Assembly: GCF_009914755.1 (NCBI RefSeq)
Contig: NC_060939.1
Direction: 5' to 3' (one strand)
Length of the DNA: 64,000 nucleotides
Source of the DNA: the human T2T-CHM13v2.0 reference genome, Homo sapiens
Below, piece after piece: positions 37,942 to 59,831 of the stretch. Position 1 is the stretch's first letter; every line of letters begins with the position of its first letter. The position numbers were made by a program, and so were the translations under genes. The notes under the pieces are model-generated. The model saw nothing but the letters and a program-made list of their open reading frames with translations, was not told the origin of the DNA and ran no database searches.

Positions 37942-40520
37942 TTAAGTTTTTAGAGACAATTTGACGGGTAGGGGCTAGAGAAGTGGGGAGTGCTGATTGA
38001 TCAAGTTGGAGATGGAATCATAGGGGGTCGAAGTGAGGTTTCCTTGCTATCTTCTGTTCCTGGGTAGGATCTCAGAACTGATTGAGCCAGATTACCAGTC
38101 TAGGCGGTGTCAGCTGATCCATGGAGTGCAGGGTCTGCAAATTCCTTCCCGAGGTTAGTTCGGCCTATGCCCAGGAATGAACAAGGACAGCTTAAAGGTT
38201 AGAAGCAAGATGGAGTCGGTTAGGTCTGATCTCTTTCACTGTCATTATTTTCTCAGTTATAATTTTTGCAAAGGCTGTTTCAATCCCTCCCTTAGGGTTT
38301 CATAGCACCTTATTCTTAAGGTGTGGGCTATGAAGATGGGAAAAGGCCGTCGATCACTCTGGATTCTTCCTGCAGACAGGGGGCATAGTGGGGTAGGTGT
38401 TGACCCCAAGGTGAGAGGAGTGGAACTGCTTTGCAGCTGTCTGAGCTGTTTGAGTGTACTCACGCAGGCCAGGCTGAGCTTCCAAGGCTTTCATGACAAA
38501 GGCATTCGTATTCTCATCTACAGTTTTAGTACGACATTTACACAAACAGTGTACAATAAGGTAAGTAATGAGTTCCGGAACAAGGAGTGCCATTCCCAGT
38601 TTTAAAAGTAAAGACTTAAAAGCATTAGTTTGAGCACTTGTAGCCTCCCAAAATTTAGGATTCAGTCTAAATGGCAGAAAAAAAAATCCTCAAAAACAAC
38701 TAACAACAGGTGTACTGTAGTTTTTGAAACAATTTTTTCTCTCTTCAGTTCTTATTTTTATTAAAAACAAATCCTGATAGGACCGATTTTGTTTGTGAAA
38801 TAAACTTTAATTTTATTATACTTGGCATGATTATTTGCAAAGAGCACAGCAAGAATAATTATTTTTCACATGGGCCTTTTAAGTTGGCTTTGATGGAACT
38901 CTGCATAAAGAGTCTTAGATAGACTTTTTTTAAAGCCCATCCCAGCCATGGGTTTGTACCCTCAAATGCCTATGAGTTGGGTACATTCCCCTCTTCTTGA
39001 GATCCCAAGATAACTTAAGATTCCGGGGCCTTTTGGAAAGTGACATTCTTTACTTACCATACGTTAGGAACCCTGTACAGGGACTGCGTAGACAAGGTAT
39101 GAGGCCAGTTTACCCTAGGGGTTTTTATTGGCTTTGTAAATCAAGTTTGATTCCTTAAACAAAAGCATGCCATCCCAGTCAAAACCTTAGTAAAATAAAC
39201 AGTTTCTCCAATTGTGTCCTGTTGCAAAAGAAAACATTCTTATTGCACTTATGCAAATAATTATGTTGCCATAAATTAAGAATACTTGCAAATAGCTTCC
39301 AGATTCTTGAGAAATCAGGTAGAGAGAAACAAACATGCTCCAAATTTTGTTCACAGGAGTATATTTTTCTCAGTTGTTAAAAGCTGTAATCAAAAGAAAA
39401 GTTTTCTTGGCTCTCTGAAAAATGAAAAGGAACAGCCACATTTTAAGCAAAAAAAAAAAAGGAAAAGATTAGTTCAGTTTTCTATTAGTTCATTCCATTC
39501 AGTAAACTCTTGTTCTGCTTAATGTTCCTGAACAAGTCAGCTCTCCATGAGAGTCCTGAACGTTTTTTCCTTTATTCTAATGTTGCAATCTCCAAAGCTA
39601 TCAGAAACTTGCATTCAAGAGCACCCATCCAAGTTTCATAGCTGATTATAAAACAAGAAAATTTTTAACCTCTGTGGCACACAATAATTTAATGTATCAA
39701 TTATAATTATTACTGATAACATATGCTAAGGCATATCAAACTTATAAGAATCTTATACAGTTTTGAAACACATGCTAATAACGTATTTATATGAATATAA
39801 CCCAAAGAAAGTTAAACATCATTTTATATTTGGCCATGTTTTCTGCATGATTTTAATACATTAAATAAGCAGATTATATCTTTTTGGACTGTAGGGGACC
39901 TATTTTTGTTTAACTTCTAATTTGATCTTGTCAGGTTTGTCAAATATGGTTTAAAACACTGGATGTCACAAAATAGAATGCCAGGTCACCATAAGTCAGT
40001 TATTTAGCCAAAATGATAACTCACAAAGTTTTAAAAAGGAAAAAACCTTTAGTTTGATAGAAAAGAGACTCAGCTTCTCAAACTACAAGACCCAGTGAAG
40101 CCGTCCCCTGAATTGGTCACTTCTCTCTCCCCTCCCTTAAAAGGCAAACAAAATTTTTTCATTGCTTCTCAATATTACACAAGAATCTTTTTCAAAAGAG
40201 AAAACCAAATTTCATGTTTGCATTATTGCACCTTTAATGCTAAAGCTAGTTTTTATTAAAATTTTATAAATCTATCCAGTTTTAATTAGTTTGACCATAA
40301 GTTAATGTTCTTATAAACCTTTTATAACCCTTTACAATTTAGTTGTTGTTGTTACAGAGCAGAACCATGTTTTAAGAAAACTCTGTTATGCTTTTATTCC
40401 AATGTTCAACTTATGGAAACATTGACTAATACCCCTTTAACTTTAGCCAATATGTTTACACACAGAATCTCTTTTACAATTAATTTTTTATAAACTTTTC
40501 ACAACTTGCTTAAACCTTTA

Positions 40521-40851
<331 letters not shown>

Positions 40852-41592
40852 TCACTTAAAACAATAACCCTCTAAACTTGGGAAAGAAATCCATATTCCC
40901 AGGTCTTCTTATAATCTTTTACCAAAAGTACATTCTACTTTTCTTACATGCCTTGAATGTGGAAATGTTTCTTCAGTAGCCTCAATACATGTTACACTGT
41001 TAACTCTGTGCAACTTCTATTTTTGGTGAAAAACCTGGTTAGTAGGACATTTTAATTATGTACCAAGTGTGGAGCTTAGGACAGACAAAGGACAGAAGTG
41101 CAGATCAAGTCTGACTTTTTCCAGCATAGCTATGGAATGTGGCTATCTCCACATATGCCCAGCACTTACCTAGCAGTAACGCAGGTAAGTGTATAGTTAA
41201 GAGTCACAGTGGCGTTTGTGAAGCATTTAGGCAGCCTAATAACCTTTAAATTGTACAACGTTTCTTGCATAAATTCCCTTTCATGAATCCTTTCATGGCT
41301 TAGACCATCTATTACATGCTTGGACAACGGTCATTTCAACAACCAGTCATTTCACTTTAGGACAAAAATTTACCATACAAGATCCTTTCTTATACAAAAT
41401 CTCTTTTCTTTTTAACCTTCTTTGAGCAGCTAGGGGGCTAATTTCACATGTCACCGGGCCTTATCTAGAAAGTAATGACTCCAAGCTAGGTAAATTGAAC
41501 AATTTTTAAAAGTTAAAGAAGCAGTTTATGATCTTAAAGCATTTAGCAAACCTAACATCAGACCCAATTTAGACCAAATGTCTAAATTTTGA

Positions 41593-41903
<311 letters not shown>

Positions 41904-42949
41904 TATTTTATCAATAATTTTTAATCTGTCTTTATTACCAAAAGATTACTAAAGTTAGGTGAACTAAAGGGCATTAGTTTTAATTTTACTGACAAAATAT
42001 TTGACTTAAGTGCCTACTTTTCTTTAAACCAATTAATTAGAGCTTTTATGTAAACATCACACACAAAACATATATAAATACATAGACAGACAGAAGATCC
42101 AGTAGTTGTAAGATTTTTCATTTGCCAGTTCTTAAGTTTCCTAGTGGGATTACTAGATTCAGGCTGGAGCCCTTTGAAAAATAGGGCTGGGAAAGCTTGC
42201 AATTTCTAGGGCCTAATAAGCAGGCACAGCTGGAAGGCAAAAACAGATCCCCCAAATTAAGGGTGCCATTTTATATGGGATCCTGGATTCCCCCCAAAAA
42301 GAGGGAAATACTACAGAAGAAGCTAGTGCAGTGCTTCTACCCTGCATTTTATTGCAAGACAATCCAAAGCCAATCAGCCCATTTTGTAATCAGCCCATCC
42401 CCCATGGGATTCTCATCTCTCAGTGGGGGATAGGGATGTTTTCATACCTTCTAGGTGGTCAAGAGTGTGCTTCTCTGATCCAAGCATGCAAGGAGCCAAG
42501 TATTCCTCCTAATTGCCATTAGCAGTCCCTTATAGTGTATTTCCTATCTGGTTATTATAAACCATGGCTAAAAGCTCTCCCATAATGTGAAGCAATTTCT
42601 GATATACCCAAAAGTAAAAAAAAAAAACAAAAAAAGTCAGGTAACATAATGTAAAATTGAAAATTGAACCGAGACTTAGATTTTGAGGGAGATCTATCAA
42701 CTTTCAGCTCCTGGGGTTTCATGAGGAAAATGGAGGTTTTTCCCAGAATGGGGTCTGTGATGCCTCCTCTGTTTTTCCCTATGAGTCCCAGGCTGTTAGA
42801 ATTTATCTAGGTTCTCTCAGGTGTGCTTTAAGCATGGCAAGAAGAAAAAATGGAGAAAATCAATTCAGAAGAAAAGAACTTATTCCAGAAAGACATGAAT
42901 CTAGAAGAGGAAAAGATAAAGGCCTTTTAAATAGATATAGTTTGGGTAC

Positions 42950-43072
42950 TTTTATTTATTTATTTATTTATTTAATTTTAAGATGTGGTCTATGTTTTCC
43001 AGGCTTGTCTCAAACTCCTGCTGAAGCAATCCTCCTGCTTTGGCCTTCTGAAGTACTGGGATTACAGGCATG
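42950..43072 (-). mobile_element. Alu monomer (FLAM/AluJ fragment) with (TTTA)n tail
   Basis: GTCTCAAACTCCTG...GGGATTACAGGCATGA. Confidence 0.7.
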
Positions 43073-44523
43073 AAAATAGATATCTAGGGTTACCCCACCC
43101 AACCCTGGATGTCTATTTTTAATTAAGCCACTTTTAACCATAGAGCTCTGCTGTTTAAAAAAAAAAAAAAACTTTCAAAATCCCTTATTACCAGGCTCTA
43201 GTGAGGACACCCCACATTTCTGGCTTTTGAATTCTATACCAGGTAACCTCTCACATGAAATTAATAAGTTTTAACTAAGGTTATAACTTAACCATGAACT
43301 CATGATGTGTTTCAAAGAGATGGTAAGTAGTTTTTTTTAAACAAGAGTTAGAATTTCCCCAGGGTAGTTCACAGAAAGGAAAATTCAAGACAGGAAATCA
43401 GAAATTATCCATAGAAAGGGGGGAATCCCTCAAAAAATGGCAGTTACACAAATAACAAACAAGAAGGGAATCATTCCCAAAGCCAAGAATTGAACCTGGG
43501 GCAGCCACTGTCAAAAGACAAAAGCCTTGGTTATTGAGCTACATCATTCAGCAGGTTCTGTTGCTCTTCCCAGAAGGAGCCTAGAGGTGCCAATTTTGAC
43601 CTTGCAAAAGCTTCTACCTGCTCAAGATAATTTTTAGTGCTATGACATGAATCCCCAAATTCCTGTCCGCTGAATGGCAGACACCAAGAGAAAGTATCCC
43701 CACATGGTCACAAGGTTAAGCTCTCAAGGGCATAAAACGAAAAGATGGAAACTTTATATGGCACTGGTCTTGGGGACCCCCAGCAAAGTTTGTAAATGAC
43801 CAGCTGCCAGGCTGGCTTGAAAGGCAGGCTTATAGGGGTCCTAAGCCCACCTTCTCTCCTGTGATACCTCTCTCTCCATTAAAGAACAAAGCAGAAAGAT
43901 AAATTCTTAGCACAAAGTGCTCCAGATTTGCTACAGCCTAAGACTAGTCTCACAAATCCTTTTTTCTATTTGTAGAAAAGAGAAAACAGAGGAGAGAAGA
44001 CAAACAGTGATATTTACCATTTGCATTCACACGCACACACACAAACACACAGAGGGAGAGGGAGGGAGAGAGACAGGGAGAGAGAGAGAAATATGAGAAA
44101 CTTGGTTGGTAAGAATTTCTTACCCTTTTTTCGCCAGCATACCAGGTTTCTGGGTTCCCTTTCTCTGCAGCTTTCAGAAGAACAGAGCAGCTTTGATGAC
44201 CTTGCTCAGTGTAACATAGCTATGGGAGCCAAGTTCCATTACAAAATAAAATTATGCTTTTCTGTTTGATGGAACCATAGGCATAAGCTTCCCAATTTTG
44301 CAAGATGCTGCTCAACAGGCTGCATGGGGAATCAAATTAATATTTTCCATCCCAGCCAAAGCAAAATACATGTAGCAAAACAGACGCAAGTCACTTTGTT
44401 CAGCACCAGTGTTGACCTGGCAAGGCTCAAACTTTCTCCTGTTGGCCCCTGTTATCTTTGATCCACACCAGGTGGGAATGGATGATCTCCAAATGGTAAT
44501 TCAGTGTGTAACCTCTAGGCAAG

Positions 44524-45813
44524 ACAACAAACCTGACAAAAACAAGCAATGGGGAAAGGATTTCCTATTTAATAAATGGTGTGAAAACTGGCTAGCTATA
44601 CACAGAAAACTGAAACTGGATCTTTTCCTTACACCCTATACAAAAACTAACTCAAGATAAAGTAAAGTCTTAAATGTAAAAGCCAAAACTATAAAAACCC
44701 TAGAAAAAAATGTAGGCAATACCATTCAGGTCATAGTCATGGGCATATATTTTATGTTGAAATCGCCAAAAGCAATTGTAATAAAAGCAAAAATTGACAA
44801 ATGGGAACTAATTAAACTAAAGAGTTTCACGCAGCAAAGAAACTATCATCAGAGTGAACAGACAACCTACAGAATGGGAGAAAATTTTTGCAATGTATCC
44901 ATCTGACAAAGGTCCAATATCCAGAATCTACAGGGAATTTAAGGAAATTTACAAGAAGAAAACAAAAGACCCCATTAAAAAGTGGGCAAAGGACATGAAC
45001 AAACACTTCTCAAAAGAAGACATAGATGCAGCCAACAAACATAAGGAAAAAAGCTCAACATCACTGATTGTTAGACAAATGGAAATCAAAACCACAATGA
45101 GATACCATCACATGCCAGTCAAAATGGCAATTATTAAAAAGTCAAGAAACAACTGATGCTGGTGAGGTTGGGGAGAAATAGAAACAATTTTACACTGTTG
45201 GCAGGAATGTAAATTAGTTCAACCATTGTGGCAGACATTGTGGCGATTCCTCAAAGATTTAGAATGGGAAATACTATTTGACCCAGCAATCCCATTACTG
45301 GGTATGTACCCAAAGAATATAAATTATTCTGTTATAAAGATGAATGCACTTATATATTCATTGCAGCACTATTCACAGAAGCAAAGACATGGAATCAACC
45401 CAAATGCCCATCGGTGATAGACTGGATAAAGAAAATGTGGTGCATAGACAACATGGAATATTATGCAGCCATAAAAAAGAATGAGATTATGTCCTTTGCA
45501 GGGACATGAATGAAGCTGGAAGCCATTATCCTCAGCAAACTAACACAGGAACAGAAAACCAAACACCACACGTTCTCACTTATAAGTGGGAGCTGACCAA
45601 AGGGAACACATGCACACAGGTAGGGGAACAACACACTGTGGGGCCTGTCAGAAGCAGGAGAGAGCATCAGGAAAAATAACTAATGCATACGGGGCTTAAT
45701 ACCTATGTGATGGGTTGATAGGTACAGCAAACCACCATGGCACACATTTACCTATGTAACAAACCTGCACATCCTGCACATGTACCCCGGAAGTTAAAAT
45801 AAAATAATAAAAA
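44524..45813 (+). mobile_element. 5'-truncated L1PA (L1PA8-like)
   Basis: ORF2 C-terminal peptides ([11 protein letters not shown]..., [11 protein letters not shown]...), L1PA 3'UTR and A-rich tail near 45795-45813. Confidence 0.9.
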
Positions 45814-45814
45814 A

Positions 45815-46790
45815 TACACAAAAGATGTGAACAGACATTTCTCAAAAGAAGACATATGAATGGCAAACAGGTATATGAAAAGGTGCTCAACATCAATGAT
45901 ATCAGAGAAAGGTAATCAAAACTACAAGGAGATCTCATCTCGCCCCAGTTAAAATGGCTTTCATCCAAAAGACAGACAATGGCAAATGCTGGCGAGGATG
46001 TGAAGGGAACCCTCATACACTGTTGGTGGAAATGTGAGTCAGTACAACTTCTATGGAGAACAGTTAGGAGGTTCCTCAAAAACTAAAACTAGAGCTACCT
46101 CATGATCCAGCAATCCCACTGCTGGGTACACACCCAGAAGAAAGGAAATCAGTATATTGAAGGGATACTTGCACTCCCATGTTCCTTCTAGCACTGTTCA
46201 CAATAGCCAAGATTAGGAATCAACCTAGTGAGTGTCCATCAACAGATGAAAGGATAAAGAAAAGGTGGTACATATAAGCAGTGGAGTGCTCTTCAGCCAT
46301 AAAAAAACAATGAGAGCCTATCATTTGCAATAGCATGGATAGAACTGGAGGTCATTAAGTGAAATCAGGCAAAGAAAGACTAACAAACATCACATGTTCT
46401 CTCTTGTGAGAGCTAAAAATTAAACAGTCAAACTCATGGAGATACAGAGTAGAAGGATGGTTACTAGAGGCTGGGAAGGCACAGGGGGAGAGAGACGGGG
46501 ATGGTTAATGGATAAAGAAGGTAATTAGAAAGAATGAATAAAACTGGGTATTTGTAGTATTTGACAGCAATAGAATGCCTATAGTCAATAATAATTTAAT
46601 TGTTCATTTAAAAAATAAGGAGTATAATTGGATGGTTTGTAACACAAAGGAAAAAGGCTTGAGGTGATGGACACCCCATTTACCATGCTGTGATTATTAC
46701 ACACTGCATGCCTGTATGAAAGTATCTCATGTGCCCCATTAACATATACACCTACTGTGTGCCCACAAAAATAAATATTAAACTTTTAAA
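45815..46790 (+). mobile_element. L1MA-type 3' fragment
   Basis: Second, older ORF2 end plus 3'UTR (TATACACCTACTGTGTGCCCACAAAAATAAA). Confidence 0.8.
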
Positions 46791-47239
46791 AAACTATGAA
46801 AATTGTAATCAAAATTCACAACGATCAATAAGTACAAAAAATGTAAATTCTATGTCTGAGTTGATGCAGGGCAAGAACATATTAAGGGGGAAAGTTAGAA
46901 CTGCAAACAAATGAGTTCCTAAGAGCAAGAAACTGGAGAAATAACAGAAACTCCAGGGAGAAGTCTAGATTTAAAGATGCAGGAGATTGAGGGACTGGCA
47001 CAGAGATCTCCACAAAACCAGGTAACATCTGTGTTCCAGGGAACAGAATAGAAAATGGACCCAGGGCTGTCTCTGACAGGGTGAGCAACTGGAGTGGGAA
47101 GGAAAGATCTGGGGGACCCAGGAGGGTGGAGGGACTGGAACTGGGACCTGAAGGAGGGGCTGCGCTTCAGCCTCCTCCTCCCACTGCCCCTCCCCTGCCC
47201 CCAGGAGCCCTTGGTGAGGAGGAGGCCCCAGCTCTGTGA

Positions 47240-53040
<5,801 letters not shown>

Positions 53041-54529
53041 ACCAGACCAGGCTTCCCACACCTCTCCTGGAGGAGACAGGGGGTTCTATCCAAATAACAC
53101 TGGACGCCTACACAACAAACCTGTCCTGCGTGGGTGACAACAGTCCCCATGTGTTCCTGACTTCCACGGAGAAGTTCCCAATATACCTGTTTTCCCTGCA
53201 GAGGTGGTGGCTTCTGTCTGTTCCATGCTAGGCTGCAGGCAAGGGCTCAGTGTCAGCTCCTCCTGAGTGCGGCTTCCAGAATGGCTGGGCCTAGAGGAAG
53301 CTGACAGGGACCTGGAGGACCCCCTTTTCTCCCTGTCCCCACACTGTGTCTGGTTTCCAAACTGGATCATGACCCAGAGCCTTCAGGATATGTAAGGACA
53401 GCAAACTTACGGAGATCCCACCCGGGCTCTGGCTCACTGCATTCCCTGTTCTAAGGCGACTTCTGTGCTGCTGTAGGGGATGGGTCTACAGGGGCGTCAC
53501 GGACTGGGGGGTGGTAGGCTCCCCTCAGGCTGGAGGAGTGATGGATCCCAGCAGCCTCCCTGCCTCACAGTAGCCTGGGAATGTAGGGGGTGTCTTGTGC
53601 TGGCCCTGGGTCAGAGGGGGGACTGCTCTTTCTGGGATCTCCTGGTGGGGAAGAGATGACACCCTCCCCAGACCCTTTCCTGACTGCTGAGTTCCGGATC
53701 TGGGATGGACCTGGGCCCCTCCAGCACTTGGCTCAGGCTTGATAACACCCCTGGGTTCATGTCTGGTGTCCCCTGCCTCACTCTCCAGGGCAGTCTCCCA
53801 GCCCACTAGTGTGGGGTGTCTGTTTCAGGAGGCACCTAGGGCTGCTGCCTGCCCCTCTGGCAGGACTCTGTGGTCAGGAATCACAGGAGGAGACCTTGGG
53901 GCCCAGGGTGAGAGGTGGGAGAAGAATCAGGGAAGACGAGCATAAGTTTGCAAGTGCAGGATCCACAAGCTGCCCACAGCTGTAACCAGGGTCCTTGCAG
54001 TCTGGTGACCATTACAAGCAAAAGTGGTCAGTGCCACTGCCAGGGGAGGGGGACCCAGAAGGCAAGGGCTGGCCTGGGTTACAAAGCACATCTATGGTTC
54101 CAGGCCCAGGTGCTGGCAAGGGACACATTGGGGCTCAGAGAATCTGGTCACATGGTTGGCAGGGACAGTCCCCACAGGGCCCAGTCCTGCACTCCCTTCG
54201 TCCTGGTACTGGGTCCTTCCTGGCCATCCCCAGGGAAGGCAGGAGCAAGGGCAGGGCAGGCAGGAGCCAGTTCCTCAGAGGGCTCTGCCCAGGGGCCTTC
54301 TGCCCAGGGAGAGCTCTGCACCTGCAGGGGCTGCAGAGGCTGAGGACAAGGTGTCAGGTCTGTACCCAGGCCTGGCGGGACCCACACCGGGGACCTGTTT
54401 CGAACACGCCCTGGTGTCACTTTGGGTGTCCAGGCTACTGTTGGAGCCAAGTCCTGTCTGGGGTGGTGACCTGGGCAGCTCCAGTGTGGGCCCAACATCT
54501 ATGGGACCCAGGATCCTGTGACCTGCAGC

Positions 54530-54790
54530 AGAGGAACCCCACAGGGACCCCCGGTAGACCCCAACACGCAAAGATTCCCACAAAGACCCCACATTCATTG
54601 AGATTTCAGAGATTCCCCACAGTGACCCCCAGAGACCCCAACACTGAGACCCCCCCCCATGAAGACCCCCCAGAGGGACCCCCCCACAGAAACCTCTGAC
54701 AGAGACGCACACGGAGACCCTTCAAAACCAACACAGAGATCCCCACAGAGACACTCACAGTGACTCTAACAGAGACCTGCACAGAGAAAA
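54530..54790. repeat. Degenerate C-rich minisatellite (CAGAGACCCC-like unit)
   Basis: About 20 variants of (C)ACAGAGACCCC with strong C/G strand skew. Confidence 0.75.
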
Positions 54791-57700
54791 GATATCAAGG
54801 TCACTTTGCCACCCGCTAAAATCCCTAGCACTGCACTTGGTGAAAATGAGCAGCATCTTCCTCATTACCAGCAGCGGCTTTCTCCTGGCGGCCCTCTGCC
54901 CTCTTCTAGATAAGATTCCTTGAGATATGAGATGCCGAACAATAGAAAAGCCTCCTCTATCAGACAGCGTCCAACTTAGAGCGACCCCCCGACCCGCTGA
55001 CAGACCCTTCCCAAGATCACCCAATCACAACTCCCATGCTGATGTCAAACTGTAAGTGTTCATGATAGAAACGGTGAGAGTTCCTCTGATGCCGTCCTTC
55101 GGAGACCGCGCTCAGCTCCTCAGGCCATGCTCCCCCTCAATGCCAAGGGAATCCACCCGGCTGGTCTAGGTTGGCCTTGCTCACAGGGCTCCTCCTGCAG
55201 GCCTTGTGCTGGAGCACATGGAGCGGGAAGGATCTCGGCTTGGACACAGCTTCCTCAGAAAACCTTGTCCGACTCCCCTGTGAGGGCAGGCCCCCTGTGC
55301 TGGGTTCCCCACCCTGGCCCTTCCTCCCTTGTGACAATCTCTGCATGCCTGGGTATGTTTCTCCTAGAACCCTGAAATCTTCTGGTGGGCCCAATGAGGA
55401 GGGAGGCGTGCCTCACCACCTGACCACACTCCCGGTACTGACTGTGGCCCCTGTTAAAAATTGTTTCATAAAATCTTCTTAGTTAATGGGCACAGGAAGT
55501 AAAGCTTCCTAATCTACCTCATATATAAGTTGCATCACTAAAATCATATTTTCATAAAGGGTATTAGCTCTTTCCAGTAGCCAATATAATGTTTCAAGGA
55601 AAATTTGTAAAAATAAATGTGGCATTGATACTTCAAATTTAGTGGTATAAAGAAATTTCCAAATTCAAATTATTCCATCTAAGTTACTTATTTTATAGAT
55701 CAAATATGAATATTCTTGTAAGTTTTGAAATACTTCAGAGTAAAATTCTGAAGTTTAGATAATACAAATTAAAAAGCAATTTTTCTTAAAAACATTCTAA
55801 TGTGCCACAAATTTATTTTTAAAAACTCTTACCAAAGAAGATGTATTTTTAAGTAATTTAAATATACAACTTGCATCAGACACATATATTGTAAATACAC
55901 CCTTCCAAAAATGAGGAGCAGCTATGTGTTTACTTTAACATCTAAGATGCTGAAATATCTATATAACAGGTCACGTACTTAAAGCCACATGTAAAACAGG
56001 GGATTGAGAAATAATTCAGCATGCATATTTGTTCTGTTTGAAATTTTTTTAATTATTGAAAATAATTGAAAATCTTACAAAACATCATCTGTTTGAAAGA
56101 TGTTAGAAAAGAGAGGGTAGAAAAATAGGACTGCATTCTTATTGCCTAACAGTTTAACCTCAGTTATAAATACACACATATTACACATATCTATGTGTGT
56201 ATATGTGCATAGGTCTGTATACACATACAGACATGGGTGTGTTGTAACATCATTTGGTTAGTATCACTTGTCCTATTTTTTTTCTTGAATACTCCGTTTT
56301 TATTATTCTACAGAGAAGGGCACAACGCAATTGGTCTCTAGACTTGCCCAAGTAACTTTCTCTCTCCAGCAGTTTCTGTCAGTTCTTGGGTTTGGAAATT
56401 TCCTTCCTGCTCACCTCCACTGGCAGCGTGTTCACCTCACGTTAGGCCCTCTGGTTCAATGCTCCAAAAGTGTGATGAGCATAAAGAGAATTTTCCTCTC
56501 AGGAAAACAATAATGGCTGGATCACTGATACACTATGGGTTCATAAAGAAAGGTGAGTCTATTTGATTTGTCTATTAACCTGGAAGAGCACATTGAACAT
56601 TTTTTCTTTTTTAGAATAAGTACACGTACACATTGATCTTTTACTGAAAATAAAAAAAAATTAAAAGATACATGTAAATAAGAACAAAGGACTTTTATCT
56701 AGCCCTAGATCCCAATAACTTCTTTAGAACTCTTTTCCTAAAAGGTTTATAGTACAACCTTTTATATTTAAGTTTGCAAACCATTTCTAGTTAATTAGTG
56801 TATAAAGTGCAAGGTTTACACTGAGATTTTGAGCCTGTGTTTATTTTCTCCAGTAACATTTGTTAAAAAGACTATTCTTTCTCTTTCAATTACTTTTGTA
56901 CCATTGTCAAAAATGAGAAATGAGTTGGGCATATTTACTTGTGTCAATTTCTGAGTTCTTCATTCTGTTCTGCTGACCTATGTGTCCATCTCTCCACCAG
57001 TATCATGTGCCTTTTCATATAAACTTAAAATAGGTTTATCTATATGCATAAAAATATGTAGCTGGTGTTTTGATATGACTGTCATTAAGTCTACCCATCA
57101 ATTTGAAGAGAGTTGACATATTTGCTATCGTGAGTCTTCCAAACCATTAATAAGGTATGTTTGAATTTTAGTTCTTCTCTCAATTCATGCACATTTTGTA
57201 ATTTTTGCCATCTTGATTCTGCATGTCTTGTCAGATTTATGCCTAAGTATTTTCTTTAGAGCAATTGTAAAGGTATATTCAGTTTCCACACATTCATTTT
57301 TAGTTCATAGAAATATGATGAATTTTGGAGGATGGATCATTTATCCTGTGAACTTGCTAAATATTATTTCTACAAGACTTTTTTTAGTTTCTCTGAGACT
57401 TTACAAAGACAATCGTGTAATCTGCAATAGAGGCCACTTTCCTTCTTTCTCTTTTTTTTCAATCAGTATGCCTTGTTTCTTGCCCAATTGTGCCGACTAG
57501 AACTTTCGGTGCTCTGTCAAATAGCATTGTTGAGAGCAGGTGTCTCTGCCTTGTTTCCACCCTGAGGGGAAAACCATTCATTCTTTCATCATTAAGCATG
57601 ACATAGCTGTTTGTTTTTGATAAATACTCTTGATAAAGTTCAGGAAGTTTCCTTGTATTTCTAGGTTTCTGAAAGTTTTTATCATAAAACTGTGCTATAT

Positions 57701-57833
57701 TTTGGCAAATGCTCTTTCTGCATCAATTGAGATAAGTAACGTACGTATTTTTGTATCGTGTTTCCGTGTTCAGGTTGATATTCCTTGTGTTTTAATTGAC
57801 ACATGTACACAATTTATATTTAAGATAACTGTA

Positions 57834-58300
<467 letters not shown>

Positions 58301-59437
58301 CTATGGTGTTCGCAGAGGGGGTTTCCATTGATGTTTGGCTACACTCAGGTGGGTATTCCTTGCTAGGCCATTATTTTCCAGGTTCTTTGGCTGAGACAGC
58401 TGGGGTTTTATTAGGTTTGGTTTTGTTGGGTGTGGTTTCTGGTTGGAGGCTTCTGCAGCACTCTCTCCAGGGCAGATGAGAAGAACAGGAGACCCAAGGA
58501 ACATACCACTGTGTCATTCCCCAGGGAGTCTGTCTTCCTTATTATATTTTTCCAACACTTCCCATGCTCCTTTGTTGTTTTACGTGCAGACTTTCATTTA
58601 GAACACAAAGGATGTGATAGTAATGAGGCTTCTCCAACTGGGCTGAAAACACATGTGTTTTTGTCTTAAAATCATAAGTATTTTAAAATATACTTGAATA
58701 GGTTGGTGAGAATCCTGGGGAGAATTAACACATGATTGGGAAAAAAAAAGAAACATTCTCAACACTACAAGAAAAAGTCATTTCATAACAGTAAAAACTC
58801 TAGCTCACATTATCTGCAACTTACTTACTTATTTTTTCTAGCCTGGTGTCAAAATTATCATTTGCCCCTGTGATAAACAAAATTACCAACCAAAGTGGAG
58901 TGTTTCTATGCAGCTTGTTTGGTCTTAACCTTAGAGTATCCAATCAAAATACCATTTTCCAAAGTGTCTTTGATCAGTTTCTTTTTCCTCTTGGAATCCT
59001 CTGACTTCCTGGTGGATTTTTTTATTATTATTTTTATTTTGCAAAAAATAAGAAAGAGGTTTTGTAGTGTAGCATTTGGTAGGGTTTGAGAAACCATAGA
59101 GACACGTGTCCACCCTCCAGCACTGCACAGAACAGCCGCATCACCCTAAAATTCTGTGTGTGATGCCTTTGTGATCAACCCTTCCCTTTCTCCCAATTGT
59201 GGGCAAACTCTGATCTGTTTTCTTGACCTATAATTTTGCCTTCTCCGGAATGTTATACGAATGAAATCATACAATATGTAGACATTTGGGGCTGACTTCT
59301 TTCACACAGCAAAACACATGTAAGTTCATCTGTACTGTTGTGTAAGTGAATAGTCTGTTCCTTTGTATTGCTGAATAGCAGTTGATGGTATTGATGCAAT
59401 AGTCTATCTGTTCACCTGTTGTAAGATGTGTTGGTTA

Positions 59438-59831
<394 letters not shown>

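Noticed and set aside
53500-55480. Long overlapping GC-rich ORFs (up to 234 aa)
   Set aside because: Open on both strands in several frames because of high GC and low complexity; no recognisable domain.
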